Origin: Bacteroidales bacterium
GTDB taxonomy: Bacteria; Bacteroidota; Bacteroidia; Bacteroidales; UBA10428
Direction of reading: 5' to 3'
Assembly (NCBI GenBank): GCA_041737295.1
Contig: JBGSSA010000007.1
Coordinates: forward strand, 17,653-81,652
Length of the DNA: 64,000 nt
The notes beneath the pieces were generated by a model. That model made no database searches, was not told the DNA's origin, and saw nothing but the letters and a program-made list of their open reading frames with translations. This document shows, in pieces, positions 35,530 through 46,379 of the stretch; position 1 is the first letter of the stretch, and each line of letters starts with the position of its first letter. A program made the position numbers and the translations under genes.

Positions 35530-38500
35530 TTAAACCAGGTTGATGCTCAAACCCAGTCCTCTCAATTCATGAAGCAGAACGTTTAGTGATTCGGGTATGC
35601 CGGGAAGTGGCAAAGGCTCGCCTTTTACAATGGCCTCATAGGCCTTGGCTCTTCCTACCACATCATCTGACTTGATAGTCAGAATTTCCTGCAGAATATG
35701 GGCTGCACCAAATGCTTCGAGTGCCCAGACTTCCATTTCACCAAAGCGCTGTCCGCCGAACTGTGCCTTACCGCCCAATGGTTGTTGTGTGATCAGCGAG
35801 TAAGGTCCGATTGAACGGGCATGCATCTTGTCGTCTACCATATGGCCCAGTTTGATCATATATATGATACCAACAGTGGCAGGCTGGTCAAAACGTTCGC
35901 CTGTCCCACCATCATACAGATAAGTTTTCCCGAATCGGGGTAAGCCTGCTTTTTCAGTATAGCTGGCTATCTGGTCTACAGACGCTCCGTCAAAAATGGG
36001 AGAAGCAAACTTCACACCCATTTTTTTACCTGCCCATCCGAGTACCGTTTCATATATCTGCCCAAGGTTCATACGGGAAGGTACACCAAGCGGGTTCAGC
36101 ACGATGTCGACAGGTGTGCCGTCTTCAAGGAATGGCATATCCTCGAGGCGGACAATCCTGGAAACAATACCCTTGTTGCCATGGCGTCCGGCCATCTTGT
36201 CACCTACTTTTAACTTCCTTTTTTGTGCCACATATACCTTAGCAAGCTGAACAATACCTGCCGGCAGTTCATCACCGATAGTGATGCTGTATTTCTTCCG
36301 TTTATAAATGGCATCAACTTCCTTGTGCTTGATAATATAGTTGTGGATCAAGGTCTTGATAGTTTCATTCTTGTCCTTGTCCGTCGTCCATTTGTTTGGA
36401 TTGATGTTGTGAAAATCGATATCCTGCAACAATTTCAGGGTAAACTTGGCACCCCTTGGAATAACGTCTACGTTATAGTAGTCCTTAACTCCCTGTGAGG
36501 TCTTGCCATTTACCACGATAAACAGTTTATCGATGAGCTTGGCTTTCAATTCATTTGAATTGCGCTCAAATTCTTCTTCAATCTTATCAAGGATCGGCTT
36601 GGTTGACGATTTCAGTTTCTTATCCTTGATAGACCGGGAGAAGAGTTTCTTATCGATTACAACGCCTACCAGTGAAGGGGGTGCCTTCAACGAGGCATCT
36701 TTCACATCACCTGCCTTGTCACCGAAGATTGCCCTGAGGAGTTTTTCTTCAGGGGATGGATCGGATTCACCCTTGGGGGTGATTTTTCCAATAAGGATAT
36801 CACCGGGGTTCACTTCGGCACCTATCCTGATCAGACCGTTTTCATCGAGGTTGCGTGTGGCTTCCTCACTGACATTGGGAATGTCCGCAGTGAGTTCTTC
36901 CAGGCCCCGCTTTGTATCCCTTACTTCCAGATTATATTCATCAATATGAATGGAAGTGAAAAGATCTTCGCGGACAACCCGTTCAGAAATTACAATGGCA
37001 TCCTCAAAATTGTATCCCTTCCAGGGCATGAAAGCCACCATCAGGTTCCTGCCCAAGGCCAGTTCGCCCTGGCTGGTGGAATATCCTTCGGTGAGGATCT
37101 GGCCCTTGACCACCTTGTCACCCTTGTTAACAATGGGTTTGAGGTTGATACATGTATTCTGGTTTGTTTTGCGGTACTTCAGCAGTTTATAGCGGCTGAC
37201 ATCCCCGTCAAAGCTTACAAATTTCTCTTCTTCGGTCATTACATAGCGCAGAACGATTTCGTTTGAATCTACATATTCAACTACACCGTCATTATCTGCT
37301 ATAACCAGGAAACGGGAATCCCTTACTACCTCGTGTTCAATACCGGTACCTACTACAGGGGCTTCGGGATTGATCAGCGGAACAGCCTGGCGCATCATGT
37401 TTGATCCCATCAGCGCACGGTTGGCATCATCATGTTCGAGGAACGGAATGAGCGACGCGGCAATGGAAGCGATCTGGTTGGGTGCCACGTCCATCAGGTC
37501 AACGTCATGGGCGTCCGACAGGGGAAAGTCACCGTTATAACGGGCTTTCACCTTTGAATTTTCAAATTCGCCACCTTCCTTAATCGGCGCATTAGCCTGG
37601 GCAATCACCTTTGATTCTTCTTCTTCAGCACTCAGCCAGATAATCCCTTCCAGGCTCATGTTAACGGTTCCGTTATCCACCTTGCGATATGGTGTTTCAA
37701 TGAAACCCAGCACGTTGATCTTGGCATAAACACATAAGGAAGAGATCAGACCGATATTCGGACCTTCAGGAGTTTCGATGGGGCAGAGGCGTCCATAATG
37801 GGTATAGTGAACGTCACGAACCTCAAAACCAGCTCGTTCACGCGACAAACCGCCCGGTCCGAGTGCCGACATCCTTCGCTTGTGCGTGATTTCAGCCAGG
37901 GGATTGGTTTGATCCATGAACTGCGACAACTGGTTCGTTCCAAAGAACGAATTGATAACTGATGAAAGGGTTTTTGAATTGATCAGGTCGATGGGTGTAA
38001 ACACCTCATTATCCCGAACGTTCATCCTTTCACGGATTGTCCTGGCCATACGGGCCAGACCGACGCCAAACTGCGTGGCGAGCTGTTCGCCCACAGTCCG
38101 TACACGACGGTTGCTCAGGTGGTCAATATCATCAACGTCCGCTTTGGAATTGATCAGTTCAATCAGGTACTTGATAATGCGGATGATGTCTTCTTTAGTC
38201 AGGACTTTCACATCCATTGCCGTATCAAGGCCAAGTTTTTTGTTGATCCTGTAACGGCCAACCTCGCCGAGGTCATACCGCTTGTCTGAAAAGAACAGCT
38301 TGTCGATTACATCGCGTGCTGTGGCCTCATCAGGTGGCTCGCTGTTACGCAACTGCCTGTATATGTGAAGTACGGCTTCCTTTTCCGAGTTACAGGGATC
38401 TTTTTGTAACGTGTTGTATATGATTTCAAAATCGGTAAGGTTCTGACCTTCTTTGTGTAAAAGAATAGTCTTCGCACCGGAATCGATGATCGGATCAATA

Positions 38501-39339
38501 TGATCGTCTAACAATACCGTTTCACGGTCGATGATGATCTCGTTCCGTTCGATGGATACCACTTCACCGGTATCTTCATCTACGAAGTCCTCAACCCATG
38601 ATTTCAGAACGCGTGCAGCCAGTTTACGGCCTACCAGCTTTTTCAGGGCAGTTTTTGAAACCTTGATCTCATCGGCAAGGTCAAATATTTCAAGAATATC
38701 CTTATCACTTTCAAACCCGATAGCTCTGAGCAGTGTTGTAACGGGCAATTTTTTCTTACGATCGATGTAAGCATACATCACGTTGTTTATATCGGTCGCA
38801 AATTCAATCCATGAACCCTTGAAAGGAATGATCCTTGCAGAGTATAGTTTGGTGCCGTTGGCATGTATGCTCTGGCCGAAGAATACCCCGGGCGACCTGT
38901 GTAACTGGGAAACTACAACACGCTCCGCCCCGTTGATCACAAATAGACCACGTTCCGTCATATACGGAATGGTACCCAGGTAAACATCCTGTATCACGGT
39001 ATCAAAATCTTCGTGTTCAGGATCTGTACAATATAACTTGAGTTTCGCTTTCAGTGGAACACTGTAGGTCAACCCTCTTTCTATACACTCTTCAATGGAA
39101 TACCGCGGCGGATCAACAAAGTAATCCATGAATTCCAACACGAAATTGTTCCGGGTATCTGTTATTGGGAAGTTTTCCTGGAAAACCTTGAACAGCCCTT
39201 CGTTTTTTCTGTTTTCCGGTGTGGTTTCCAGCTGGAAGAAATCACGGAATGATTTCAACTGGATCTCGAGAAAATCAGGATAGGACATCTGGTTTTTAGT
39301 CCTGGCAAAACTGATTCGTTGCAAATTTAAATTGGTCAT
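35530..39339 (-). CDS. rpoB: DNA-directed RNA polymerase subunit beta
   Basis: 1269 aa. Conserved rpoB blocks ([31 protein letters not shown]). Confidence 0.98.
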   Translation of the reverse strand: MTNLNLQRISFARTKNQMSYPDFLEIQLKSFRDFFQLETTPENRKNEGLFKVFQENFPITDTRNNFVLEFMDYFVDPPRYSIEECIERGLTYSVPLKAKLKLYCTDPEHEDFDTVIQDVYLGTIPYMTERGLFVINGAERVVVSQLHRSPGVFFGQSIHANGTKLYSARIIPFKGSWIEFATDINNVMYAYIDRKKKLPVTTLLRAIGFESDKDILEIFDLADEIKVSKTALKKLVGRKLAARVLKSWVEDFVDEDTGEVVSIERNEIIIDRETVLLDDHIDPIIDSGAKTILLHKEGQNLTDFEIIYNTLQKDPCNSEKEAVLHIYRQLRNSEPPDEATARDVIDKLFFSDKRYDLGEVGRYRINKKLGLDTAMDVKVLTKEDIIRIIKYLIELINSKADVDDIDHLSNRRVRTVGEQLATQFGVGLARMARTIRERMNVRDNEVFTPIDLINSKTLSSVINSFFGTNQLSQFMDQTNPLAEITHKRRMSALGPGGLSRERAGFEVRDVHYTHYGRLCPIETPEGPNIGLISSLCVYAKINVLGFIETPYRKVDNGTVNMSLEGIIWLSAEEEESKVIAQANAPIKEGGEFENSKVKARYNGDFPLSDAHDVDLMDVAPNQIASIAASLIPFLEHDDANRALMGSNMMRQAVPLINPEAPVVGTGIEHEVVRDSRFLVIADNDGVVEYVDSNEIVLRYVMTEEEKFVSFDGDVSRYKLLKYRKTNQNTCINLKPIVNKGDKVVKGQILTEGYSTSQGELALGRNLMVAFMPWKGYNFEDAIVISERVVREDLFTSIHIDEYNLEVRDTKRGLEELTADIPNVSEEATRNLDENGLIRIGAEVNPGDILIGKITPKGESDPSPEEKLLRAIFGDKAGDVKDASLKAPPSLVGVVIDKKLFSRSIKDKKLKSSTKPILDKIEEEFERNSNELKAKLIDKLFIVVNGKTSQGVKDYYNVDVIPRGAKFTLKLLQDIDFHNINPNKWTTDKDKNETIKTLIHNYIIKHKEVDAIYKRKKYSITIGDELPAGIVQLAKVYVAQKRKLKVGDKMAGRHGNKGIVSRIVRLEDMPFLEDGTPVDIVLNPLGVPSRMNLGQIYETVLGWAGKKMGVKFASPIFDGASVDQIASYTEKAGLPRFGKTYLYDGGTGERFDQPATVGIIYMIKLGHMVDDKMHARSIGPYSLITQQPLGGKAQFGGQRFGEMEVWALEAFGAAHILQEILTIKSDDVVGRAKAYEAIVKGEPLPLPGIPESLNVLLHELRGLGLSINLV

Positions 39340-39379
39340 TATGTCTTAAAATAAAGTGTTGAACTAAAGTTATGAGAAA

Positions 39380-39419
39380 TGACAAAAAGGTTTAGTCCCG
39401 AATCATCGGGACTAAACCT
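39380..39419 (-). terminator. rplL-rpoB intergenic attenuator/terminator hairpin
   Basis: Perfect 14-bp stem aggtttagtcccga/tcgggactaaacct (39388-39419). On the transcribed strand it is followed by TTTTTGTC. Confidence 0.75.
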
Positions 39420-39443
39420 AAATGTTATCACACGCAGGGTACT

Positions 39444-39818
39444 TTATTTAAGTTCAACGTCGGCTCCTGCTTCAGCTAATTGTGCTTTAATAGATTCAGC
39501 TTCTTCTTTGGAAACATTTTCCTTTATTGCTACCGGGGATTTGTCAACAAGCTCTTTGGCTTCTTTCAGACCCAGATTAGTAATATCCTTAACCAGTTTT
39601 ACAATTTGGAGTTTGGCACCACCGGGATGATTCATGAACACTGAAAAAGTTGATTTTTCTTCAACTTTTACTTCACCGGCAGCGGCAGGACCAGCGACTG
39701 CAACAGCAGCGGCGGCGGGCTCAATCCCGTACTCCTCCTTTAATATCTTGGCTAATTCGTTTACTTCTTTAACAGTTAAGTTAACCAATTGTTCTGCGAA
39801 AGCTTTCAAATCTGCCAT
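39444..39818 (-). CDS. rplL: 50S ribosomal protein L7/L12
   Basis: 124 aa. Ala-rich hinge. ...[19 protein letters not shown]... Confidence 0.95.
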   Translation of the reverse strand: MADLKAFAEQLVNLTVKEVNELAKILKEEYGIEPAAAAVAVAGPAAAGEVKVEEKSTFSVFMNHPGGAKLQIVKLVKDITNLGLKEAKELVDKSPVAIKENVSKEEAESIKAQLAEAGADVELK

Positions 39819-39849
39819 TTTAATTGAATATTAATAGTTATCAAAATAT

Positions 39850-40368
39850 TTATTCTTTTTCACTTAAAGTTTTAACAATACCAGCCAGTTTACTACCACC
39901 GGACTGTAATGCGGAAAGAACGTTACGTGCAGGCGACTGCAGTAAGAATACAAGATCGCCGATAAGTTCTTCCTTAGACTTAATACCTGACAATGCTTCG
40001 AGTTGATCATCGCCAATGTATATTGATTCTTCCACGAAGGCAGCTTTGAGCAAGGGCTTCGGTCCGGTTTTCCTGAATTCCCTGATCAGTTTGGCCGGAA
40101 TGTTATTCTTCTCGGTAAACATGATCGATGTGGAATCTTTCAACACGTCATAAAGTCCTTCAAATTTGCCTTCAAATTTCTCCAAAGCCTTTTGAAGCAG
40201 GGTATTTTTCACGACAACCAGCGTGATATTTCTGTCAAAGCAAGCCCTTCTGAGTTTGCTGGTAGTTTCGGCGTTTAAATTCGAAATATCAGCGAGATAG
40301 AAGTGTTTCGCTTTACTGAGTGAATCAGTCAGGTTATCGATTATCCTGTTTTTTTCGTCCCTATTCAT
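39850..40368 (-). CDS. rplJ: 50S ribosomal protein L10
   Basis: 172 aa. Position and sequence are typical of L10. Confidence 0.93.
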   Translation of the reverse strand: MNRDEKNRIIDNLTDSLSKAKHFYLADISNLNAETTSKLRRACFDRNITLVVVKNTLLQKALEKFEGKFEGLYDVLKDSTSIMFTEKNNIPAKLIREFRKTGPKPLLKAAFVEESIYIGDDQLEALSGIKSKEELIGDLVFLLQSPARNVLSALQSGGSKLAGIVKTLSEKE

Positions 40369-40388
40369 AATGTAATATGGTCTTTAGA

Positions 40389-41084
40389 TTATTCGTCGAA
40401 TGCTTTGGCATCGACCTTAATTCCGGGGCTCATTGTACTGGAAATGAAGATACTGCGGATATATGAACCTTTCGCGGCTGATGGCTTTAGTTTGACAAGG
40501 GTATGTAAAAATTCCCTTGCATTTTCAGCGATTTTATCAGCTTCGAAAGATACTTTACCAATTGAAGTATGCACAATTCCGGCTTTGTCGACCTTAAAGT
40601 CGATTTTACCCATTTTTACTTCCTTGACAGCTTTTCCTACTTCCATCGTTACGGTACCGCTCTTTGGGTTCGGCATGAGTCCGCGGGGACCCAGGATCTT
40701 GCCCAGTTTTCCGATTTTGCCCATAACAGCAGGCATGGTGATAATCACATCTACATCAGTCCACCCATTGGTGATCTTTTCAACATAATCGTCAAGGCCA
40801 ACGTAATCAGCACCTGCAGCCTTTGCCTCTTCCTCTTTATCGGGAGTACAAAGTACAAGCACTCTGATTGTCTTACCGGTACCATGGGGTAGCGTCACAA
40901 CGCCCCTAACCATTTGGTTGGCTTTTCTTGGATCGATTCCCAGCCTTACATCTATATCCACCGATGCGTCAAACTTTGTGGTAGTTACTACCTTCACAAG
41001 GTCGGCCGCTTCTGACAGCTTATATTGTTTGGCCGGTTCTATCTTTTCAAGAGCCGACTTTCTTTTTTTTGTCAAATTTGCCAT
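40389..41084 (-). CDS. rplA: 50S ribosomal protein L1
   Basis: 231 aa. ...[12 protein letters not shown]...[14 protein letters not shown]... Confidence 0.95.
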   Translation of the reverse strand: MANLTKKRKSALEKIEPAKQYKLSEAADLVKVVTTTKFDASVDIDVRLGIDPRKANQMVRGVVTLPHGTGKTIRVLVLCTPDKEEEAKAAGADYVGLDDYVEKITNGWTDVDVIITMPAVMGKIGKLGKILGPRGLMPNPKSGTVTMEVGKAVKEVKMGKIDFKVDKAGIVHTSIGKVSFEADKIAENAREFLHTLVKLKPSAAKGSYIRSIFISSTMSPGIKVDAKAFDE

Positions 41085-41103
41085 GTTAGTCCGGAAATAA
41101 AGT

Positions 41104-41547
41104 TTACTTGTTTACTGGGGCATCACCCTTTACGGTAATACCCATACTACGGGCAGTACCGGCAACCATTTTCATTGCTGAATCGATGGTGAAACAGTTA
41201 AGATCAGGCATCTTATCTTCAGCAATGGCTCTCACCTGTTCCCAGGAAATGGAAGCAACCTTGTTCCGGTTTGGCTCAGCCGAACCGGATTTTGTCTTGG
41301 AAGCTTCCAGGAGCTGAACAGCTACCGGAGGAGTTTTAACGATAAAGTCAAATGACTTGTCGCTGTAAACCGTGATCACAACCGGGAGTACTTTACCAGC
41401 TTTATCCTGGGTGCGTGCATTGAACTGCTTACAGAATTCCATAATGTTCACGCCTTTCGAACCCAGAGCAGGTCCCACCGGTGGTGACGGATTAGCGGCA
41501 CCTCCCTTGATCTGCAATTTAATTAGTCCAGCAACCTCTTTTGCCAT
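41104..41547 (-). CDS. rplK: 50S ribosomal protein L11
   Basis: 147 aa. ...[31 protein letters not shown]... Confidence 0.95.
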   Translation of the reverse strand: MAKEVAGLIKLQIKGGAANPSPPVGPALGSKGVNIMEFCKQFNARTQDKAGKVLPVVITVYSDKSFDFIVKTPPVAVQLLEASKTKSGSAEPNRNKVASISWEQVRAIAEDKMPDLNCFTIDSAMKMVAGTARSMGITVKGDAPVNK

Positions 41548-41656
41548 AATTTACTTGTTTCTGATTTATATAGTTGATCCACACGTTGCAGGATGATTAT
41601 TCAGGAAGCATTAGGGTTGTTACAATCATCTGTTCACGTATATTGTATAAGCGGGT

Positions 41657-42205
41657 TTATTCTTTTTCCACCTGCATAAAGCTTAACTCCAGCGGAGTTT
41701 TTCGCCCAAAGATCTTCACCATGACCTTGAGCTTTTTCTTTTCATCGTTTACTTCTTCAATAACGCCGGTAAAGCTGTTGAAAGGTCCGTCAATGACCTT
41801 TACGGATTCACCAACATAAAACGGCACATTGAGTTCTTCATCTCCTTCAGCCAGCTCATCCACTTTACCCAATATCCGGTTTACTTCGGAGGTCCGCAGA
41901 GGAGTTGGTAACTCATCTCCTTTTGAACCCAGGAATCCGATTACGTGGGTGATATTCTTGAGCATATGGGGTATTTCACCCACCAGTGCAGCTTCAAGGA
42001 GAACATACCCGGGAAAGTAACTTCTTTCCTTGCTGATTTTTTTACCATTGCGTATCTGGTATACTTTTTCAGTAGGTATAAGCACCTGGGATATGAACTC
42101 CTGCAGGTTAAGCCGGGTTATTTCCTGCTCAATATATTCCTTAACCTTCTTTTCCTTACCACCAATAGCACGAAGAACATACCATTTTTTTTCCTGGTCT
42201 TCCAT
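41657..42205 (-). CDS. nusG: Transcription termination/antitermination factor NusG
   Basis: 182 aa. [18 protein letters not shown] domain and a C-terminal KOW domain. Confidence 0.95.
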   Translation of the reverse strand: MEDQEKKWYVLRAIGGKEKKVKEYIEQEITRLNLQEFISQVLIPTEKVYQIRNGKKISKERSYFPGYVLLEAALVGEIPHMLKNITHVIGFLGSKGDELPTPLRTSEVNRILGKVDELAEGDEELNVPFYVGESVKVIDGPFNSFTGVIEEVNDEKKKLKVMVKIFGRKTPLELSFMQVEKE

Positions 42206-42228
42206 GTGTTTAAATTCCTTCCGAAGGA

Positions 42229-42423
42229 TTAAGAAAACAGACTATAAACTGCATTCATCAGATTTTTGAAGCCCAGGTCCATCAGGGCAACTACCAGGGC
42301 AATAATAAGTGATGTAATCATCACAAGGATTGCGCTCCCCTGGAGTTCTTTCCATGATGGCCAGGTTACTTTATGTACGAGTTCTTTATAGGACTCCTCA
42401 AAATATGCTATTATTTTCTTCAT
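42229..42423 (-). CDS. secE: Preprotein translocase subunit SecE
   Basis: 64 aa. Single C-terminal TM helix. Canonical position between tRNA-Trp and nusG. Confidence 0.85.
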   Translation of the reverse strand: MKKIIAYFEESYKELVHKVTWPSWKELQGSAILVMITSLIIALVVALMDLGFKNLMNAVYSLFS

Positions 42424-42434
42424 AATCTTTTATT

Positions 42435-42510
42435 TGGCACGGGAGGAGCGACTCGAACGCCCGACACCTGGTTTTGGAGACCAGTGCTCTACCAGCTGAG
42501 CTACACCCGT
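42435..42510 (-). tRNA. tRNA-Trp (anticodon CCA), 3' CCA encoded
   Basis: Manual fold: ACGGGTG-TA-GCTCAGCTGGTAGAGC-A-CTGGT-CTCCAAA-ACCAG-GTGTC-GGGCG-TTCGAGT-CGCTC-CTCCCGT-G-CCA. There is one U6:U67 mismatch in the acceptor stem. Confidence 0.9.
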
Positions 42511-42522
42511 ATGCCTTAAACA

Positions 42523-42556
42523 GATAAATCCGTCACCCTTCGGTAACGAATTTATC
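42523..42556 (-). terminator. Hairpin downstream of tuf (15-bp stem with two G:U pairs on the transcribed strand); terminator or processing signal
   Basis: RNA reads gataaattcgttacc-gaag-ggtgacggatttatc. No clear U-tract, and tRNA-Trp follows. Confidence 0.45.
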
Positions 42557-42576
42557 ATGATATTTATACACCAAAA

Positions 42577-43764
42577 CTATTTAACAATTTCAGTCACCTG
42601 ACCGGCTCCAACTGTACGGCCGCCTTCACGGATAGCGAAACGCAGTCCTTTATTGATAGCCACAGGGTAAATCAGATCCACGATGATTGAAACATTGTCA
42701 CCAGGCATGATCATCTCAGTACCTTCGGGAAGAATAATCTCACCGGTAATATCAAGGGTCCTGAGGTAGAACTGCGGCCTGTAATGATTGTGGAACGGGG
42801 TATGACGACCGCCCTCTTCTTTTTTCAGGATATACACCTCAGCCTTGAATTGGGTATGAGGAGTGATGGAACCCGGTTTTGCCAATACCTGGCCTCTTCT
42901 GATCTCTTTTTTGTCAACACCGCGGAGGAGAAGACCAACGTTGTCGCCAGCTTCACCATCATCCAGAATCTTACGGAACATTTCAACACCGGTAACAACT
43001 GTCTTTCTGCTTTCTGCACCAAGACCAATTAATTCAACCTCATCACCCGTGTGAACCTTGCCTGTTTCAATTCTGCCCGTTGCAACAGTACCACGGCCTG
43101 TGATTGAAAATACGTCTTCAACCGGCATCAGGAAAGGTTTTTCTGTTTCGCGGGGAGGAATGGGAATATATGAATCCACAGCAGCCATCAGTTCGACCAC
43201 CTTTTCTTCCCACTTCGGTTCACCATTCAACGCGCCCAGGGCGGAACCATGGATGATCGGTGCAATGTCGCCGTCAAAATTGTAGAATGACAACAATTCA
43301 CGGATTTCCATATCCACGAGTTCGATGATTTCAGGATCTTCAACCATGTCAACCTTGTTCAGGAAAACCAAAACCTTGGGTACGTTTACCTGGCGGGCAA
43401 GCAAAACGTGCTCACGGGTTTGTGGCATTGGTCCGTCTGTTGCAGCAACAACCAAAATAGCACCGTCCATCTGTGCAGCACCCGTAACCATGTTTTTAAT
43501 ATAGTCAGCGTGTCCCGGGCAGTCAACGTGGGCATAATGCCTGTTTGCTGTTTGGTATTCAATGTGAGCGGTATTGATAGTAATACCCCGTTCTTTTTCT
43601 TCAGGTGCGTTATCAATGGAATCAAAGGAACGGAAACTAGCAAATCCTTGTTTTTCAAGAACTTTTGTGATAGCAGCAGTTAAAGTGGTTTTGCCATGGT
43701 CGACGTGACCAATTGTTCCAATGTTAACGTGGGGTTTAGACCTGTCAAATTTTTCCTTAGCCAT
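42577..43764 (-). CDS. tuf: Elongation factor Tu
   Basis: 395 aa. [19 protein letters not shown]. Confidence 0.98.
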   Translation of the reverse strand: MAKEKFDRSKPHVNIGTIGHVDHGKTTLTAAITKVLEKQGFASFRSFDSIDNAPEEKERGITINTAHIEYQTANRHYAHVDCPGHADYIKNMVTGAAQMDGAILVVAATDGPMPQTREHVLLARQVNVPKVLVFLNKVDMVEDPEIIELVDMEIRELLSFYNFDGDIAPIIHGSALGALNGEPKWEEKVVELMAAVDSYIPIPPRETEKPFLMPVEDVFSITGRGTVATGRIETGKVHTGDEVELIGLGAESRKTVVTGVEMFRKILDDGEAGDNVGLLLRGVDKKEIRRGQVLAKPGSITPHTQFKAEVYILKKEEGGRHTPFHNHYRPQFYLRTLDITGEIILPEGTEMIMPGDNVSIIVDLIYPVAINKGLRFAIREGGRTVGAGQVTEIVK

Positions 43765-44015
43765 AATTTGAATATTTGATAGTTATTGTTCGGTTTTTAA
43801 AACATTTAATCTTTTGAACTTGTTTATCTTATGACATTTGTCGATTAAAATTTGTTGATATGCTGATCTGTTGATTTGTTGATTGAAAAACCGGAGGGTC
43901 TCTTCTTGTTGTAACTAATTTTCTTTCAAATTAGTAATCTTCAAATCAATAAATCACTACATCAATGAACCTTCAAATCAATATGTCAATAAATCAACAA
44001 ATCAATAAATTCCTG

Positions 44016-44088
44016 AGCCAATGACGGGAGTTGAACCCGTGACCTCTTCCTTACCAAGGAAACGCTCTACCAACTGAGCTACATCGGC
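44016..44088 (-). tRNA. tRNA-Thr (anticodon GGT)
   Basis: Manual fold: GCCGATG...anticodon loop TTGGTAA...T-arm ACGGG-TTCAACT-CCCGT...CATTGGC-T. Confidence 0.9.
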
Positions 44089-44237
44089 CTATTTTATTTG
44101 TTGATTTGCTGATTTGATGATTTGTTGATTTGAAGACCTGACGGCGCTTTATTTCTTATTTAAAATAATTTACGTTATCACCAGACCCTCAAACAAAATC
44201 AATAAATCAATACATCAAAATATCAACAAATAAGTTG
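44089..44237. repeat. tRNA spacer, duplicated unit 1 (paralogous to 44311-44453)
   Basis: The (tgatttNN)x4 array at 44102-44133, the core gaagacctgacggcgctttatttc.tatttaaaa, and the inverted aaatcaa-type array are all repeated in the next spacer. Confidence 0.85.
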
Positions 44238-44310
44238 AGCGGGAGACGCGATTCGAACGCGCGACCCTAACCTTGGAAGGGTTATGCTCTACCAACTGAG
44301 CTACTCCCGC
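44238..44310 (-). tRNA. tRNA-Gly (anticodon TCC)
   Basis: Manual fold: GCGGGAG...anticodon loop CTTCCAA...GCGCG-TTCGAAT-CGCGT-CTCCCGC-T. Confidence 0.9.
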
Positions 44311-44453
44311 CTCTGTGTATTTGTTGATTTGCTGATCTGTTGATTTGAAGACCTGACGGCGCTTTATTTCCTATTTAAAAAATAATTTGCGTTATCAAAG
44401 ATCCTCAAACAAAATCAATAAATCAAAACATCAACAAATCAACATATGCCTCG
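44311..44453. repeat. tRNA spacer, duplicated unit 2
   Basis: Roughly 85-90% identical by eye to 44089-44237 over about 135 bp. Confidence 0.85.
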
Positions 44454-44536
44454 TGGGGAGAGCAGGATTCGAACCTACGAAGGCATCAGCCAGCAGATTT
44501 ACAGTCTGCCCCAGTTGGCCGCTTTGGTATCTCCCC
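44454..44536 (-). tRNA. tRNA-Tyr (anticodon GTA), long variable arm
   Basis: Manual fold: GGGGAGA...anticodon loop CTGTAAA...variable arm...GTAGG-TTCGAAT-CCTGC-TCTCCCC-A. Confidence 0.9.
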
Positions 44537-44600
44537 TCACACAAAATAACCGGCAGAACCGGTTACCCTATTTTAAACAAAGAACATAAAATATTCCCTG

Positions 44601-44674
44601 AGCCGATGGAGGGATTCGAACCCCCGACCAGCTGATTACAAATCAGCTGCTCTGGCCAACTGAGCTACATCGGC
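44601..44674 (-). tRNA. tRNA-Thr (anticodon TGT)
   Basis: Manual fold: GCCGATG...anticodon loop TTTGTAA...GGGGG-TTCGAAT-CCCTC-CATCGGC-T. Confidence 0.9.
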
Positions 44675-44696
44675 AATACCCTCCAAAATCGGTTCG

Positions 44697-44727
44697 CAAA
44701 TGTATAACAATTTATTTATAACACAAA
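44697..44727 (-). promoter_or_regulatory. Bacteroidota-type promoter for the tRNA-tuf operon (-33 TTTG, 19-nt spacer, -7 TAcaTTTG)
   Basis: On the minus strand, TTTG is at 44724-44727 and TACATTTG at 44697-44704, 22 nt upstream of the first tRNA. Confidence 0.55.
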
Positions 44728-44741
44728 ATTATTTTGGTCTT

Positions 44742-45041
44742 TTATAAACCGCGCTGTTTCTCCTTATGTTTCAGTATTTGCTGTTTCAACGCATCTACCA
44801 CTTCATCAGTGGACTCCTCAAACGACTTTGTCTGCTTACGGGCAAACAGATCACTGCCAGGTATATCCAGCTTAACTTCCACTACTTTATTCTCCAATTC
44901 AGACGTATTCTCAAGCTTTAAAAAAACTTCTGCATGAATGATTTCATCAAAAAAACGTCCCAATTTGCTAACTTTCTTTTGTATAAAGTCTTCGAGCTTG
45001 CTGTCGGCATCAAATTTTACTGCCTTAATTCGGATATTCAT
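44742..45041 (-). CDS. hpf: Ribosome hibernation promoting factor / RaiA family
   Basis: 99 aa. MNIRIKAVKFDADSKLEDFIQKKVSKL...VEVKLDIPG..LFA is typical of the short HPF. Confidence 0.85.
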   Translation of the reverse strand: MNIRIKAVKFDADSKLEDFIQKKVSKLGRFFDEIIHAEVFLKLENTSELENKVVEVKLDIPGSDLFARKQTKSFEESTDEVVDALKQQILKHKEKQRGL

Positions 45042-45059
45042 GACATTTCCTCCTAATCG

Positions 45060-45944
45060 TTATGCTCTTGGATGAGCTTGTTTATACACAGACTTCAGTT
45101 TTTCAAATGTGTTGTGGGTGTAAACTTCCGTTGCGGACAGGTTTGCATGGCCCAATAATTCTTTTATCGCATTCAGATCAGCTCCCCGGTTCAGCATATG
45201 CGTGGCAAATGTATGCCTGAGCACATGAGGACTCTTTTTTTCAACCGTGGTGACCATCGAAAGAAAACTGTGAACAACCCGGTACACGAGTCGCGCATAT
45301 ACTTTTTTTCCGGAAGACGTCAAAAAAAGGTGTTCTGCTTTCACACCCGGGAATTCAGCTGAACGCTCAGAAATGTATTCCTGTAACAGGTGGCTGAAAT
45401 CAGGCGAAATGGGAATTATTCTTTCTTTGTTCCGCTTGCCCAGGACTTTCAATGCCTGCTGACTGAAATCGATATCGTTTATCCGGAGATTGACTAATTC
45501 CGACAACCGCATCCCGGTATTATAAAACATTTCTATCAATACCCGGTTCCTGAAACCAATATAATCGGTTCCAAACTCTACCTGGTCAAGCAGATTTTCC
45601 ATATGATCCTCACTGACGAAAACCGGCAGTTTTTTGTCCATTTTTGGAGTAAGCACCCTTTTCGCAGGGTTGGAAGAAATTATCCCTTCTTTCAGTAGAT
45701 ATCCAAAGAACCGCTTTAATGAGGATATTTTACGGTTAGTGGATCTTGTTGTGGTACCATTCTCCATGAGATGAACCATCCATTCCCGTATATGCTGCGC
45801 GTTTACAACCGATTCCTCAGAACCGGCATCGAATCCGGAATAGGAAAAAAACTGCTCCAGATCCTTTTGATAGGATAGAACAGTATGCGGAGAGTAATGC
45901 TTAATGAATTTAATATATTGCAGAAAGTCACCGAAGTGCCTCAT
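45060..45944 (-). CDS. Tyrosine recombinase, XerC/XerD-like
   Basis: 294 aa. SAM-like N-terminal domain. Catalytic R...HxLRHTFATH...GH..L..T.VYTH. Confidence 0.8.
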   Translation of the reverse strand: MRHFGDFLQYIKFIKHYSPHTVLSYQKDLEQFFSYSGFDAGSEESVVNAQHIREWMVHLMENGTTTRSTNRKISSLKRFFGYLLKEGIISSNPAKRVLTPKMDKKLPVFVSEDHMENLLDQVEFGTDYIGFRNRVLIEMFYNTGMRLSELVNLRINDIDFSQQALKVLGKRNKERIIPISPDFSHLLQEYISERSAEFPGVKAEHLFLTSSGKKVYARLVYRVVHSFLSMVTTVEKKSPHVLRHTFATHMLNRGADLNAIKELLGHANLSATEVYTHNTFEKLKSVYKQAHPRA

Positions 45945-46009
45945 GTTCAGGGATAATTAATTGCCTGGATAATAATGTTCTATTCTGTATTATCCCTGTA
46001 AAGGAATGG

Positions 46010-46201
46010 CTATTCTTCTGCTAATTGCAGCGCCTGAACGTAAACAGCACGTTTAACCACTTCACGCTTCCGCATGGAGGGCTTCTGAAATGCCTGCCTT
46101 GATCTTAATTCCTTTACTACGCCGGTTTTTTCAAATTTCCTTTTGAATTTTTTCAGCGCTCTTTCAATGTTTTCGCCTTCTTTTATTGGTACAATAATCA
46201 T
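46010..46201 (-). CDS. rpsU: 30S ribosomal protein S21
   Basis: 63 aa. ...IERALKKFKRKFEKTGVVKELR.RQ.F.KPS..KR... Confidence 0.9.
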   Translation of the reverse strand: MIIVPIKEGENIERALKKFKRKFEKTGVVKELRSRQAFQKPSMRKREVVKRAVYVQALQLAEE

Positions 46202-46223
46202 ACTTCTTTTTTTAATTGAACCG

Positions 46224-46255
46224 CAAATTTATCATTTTACGATCTATCTACCAAA
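46224..46255 (-). promoter_or_regulatory. Bacteroidota-type promoter for rpsU (-33 TTTG, 20-nt spacer, -7 TAaaTTTG)
   Basis: On the minus strand, TTTG is at 46252-46255 and TAAATTTG at 46224-46231, 22 nt upstream of the ATG. Confidence 0.55.
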
Positions 46256-46379
46256 TTTTACCAATAAAAAAAATTTCAAGCTGAAATTCAGAGAGAAACA
46301 TTATTTAATCCTGGCTAAATTTATATTGCTAAAGATACGAATATTTAAGGAATCCAAAGGAAAGATTTTTCTAAAAGAA

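Noticed and set aside
31138-39339. Numerous 60-150-aa plus-strand ORFs inside rpoC and rpoB (for example 31343-31774, 32164-32616, 36503-36949).
   Set aside because: They are antisense shadow ORFs within highly conserved, full-length housekeeping genes. Their composition is low-complexity and Ser/Pro-rich, and they carry no motifs.
45060-45944. The tyrosine recombinase as a marker of an integrated mobile element next to tRNA genes.
   Set aside because: It sits in the conserved rpsU / recombinase / hpf / tRNA / tuf arrangement. It has no flanking direct repeats of a tRNA 3' end and no cargo genes. It is most likely a housekeeping Xer-like recombinase.
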